A stretch of 63,928 nt of DNA, counting the filler, from Octopus bimaculoides (taxonomy: Eukaryota), in assembly GCF_001194135.2 (NCBI RefSeq). It is 8 parts of 8 records of this genome, joined end to end, with 100 filler letters (N's around TTAATTAATTAA, not from the genome) between each part and the next. Parts side by side here need not be neighbours in the genome. Positions count along the whole stretch, not along the records: positions 62,016 to 63,928 come from NW_026414564.1; 7 more parts are not named here. One strand, written 5' to 3'. The position numbers and the translations under genes were made by a program. Every line of letters starts with the position of its first letter. Position 1 is the stretch's first letter. Positions 63,481 to 63,928 of this stretch are shown one piece after another. The notes under the pieces are model-generated. The model searched no databases. It worked only from the letters and a program-made list of their open reading frames with translations, and had not been told where the DNA came from.

Positions 63481-63928
63481 AAAGAATGCACACGCATTCA
63501 GGACATGCGAATAACAATATTCCTACACACAGACACAGACACACACACACACACACACACACGGTTTGACACACGCGTGCACCCTACTGTGTGTGTGTGT
63601 CAGTGTTACGGTATTTCATAGTTATAGCTTCCTACACACATACACCAAACACAGACATCATCATCACCACCAGCACCACCACCACCATTATAGTCGTTAT
63701 CGTCATCATCATCACCATCATCATCATCATCTGCGCCGTCGGCGTTCAGGTTTCCATCCTGATTCTGTAGAATGGTGCTGAAAAAATAACTGCTATCCAC
63801 TTTCACAGCTAATCAAACATGTACAAGGGAAGCCTTCCATCACAACATTACACACGTATTATATACATACATGCATACATACACACATACACACACACAT
63901 TCATACATACATACATACATACATACAT

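Overview
AT-rich, microsatellite-saturated, gapped animal genomic DNA. The repeat spectrum looks like an Octopus draft assembly, which is an inference. No prokaryotic features, CRISPR arrays, rRNA or true tRNA genes are supported, and most ORF-track entries are microsatellite or N-gap artefacts. Supported genes: (1) three spliced paralogs of the spongin short-chain collagen ('short-chain collagen C4'-like, type IV NC1-related) domain family. A and B are on + (52, 75 and 500 nt exons visible). C is inverted on - and carries an 8-nt frameshift as assembled. No first exon was found for any copy. (2) The two zinc-finger exons of an ovo/shavenbaby (OVOL) ortholog on -, at 35272-35451 and 23677-23969, separated by an 11.3 kb intron rich in transposable elements. 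(3) An unidentified small Cys-containing coding segment ('X') present twice on -, at 6648-6734 and 15794-15976, with a synonymous-biased substitution pattern. The rest is Penelope-like elements, R4/Dong-like RLE LINEs, CR1-, RTE- and Tx1-like LINE remnants, hAT and Helitron fragments, foldback MITE-like elements, SINEs and several minimal hammerhead-ribozyme-like motifs. Seven artificial N44-TTAATTAATTAA-N44 scaffold joins limit long-range conclusions. Repeat boundaries are approximate; exon boundaries were read from splice sites by hand.
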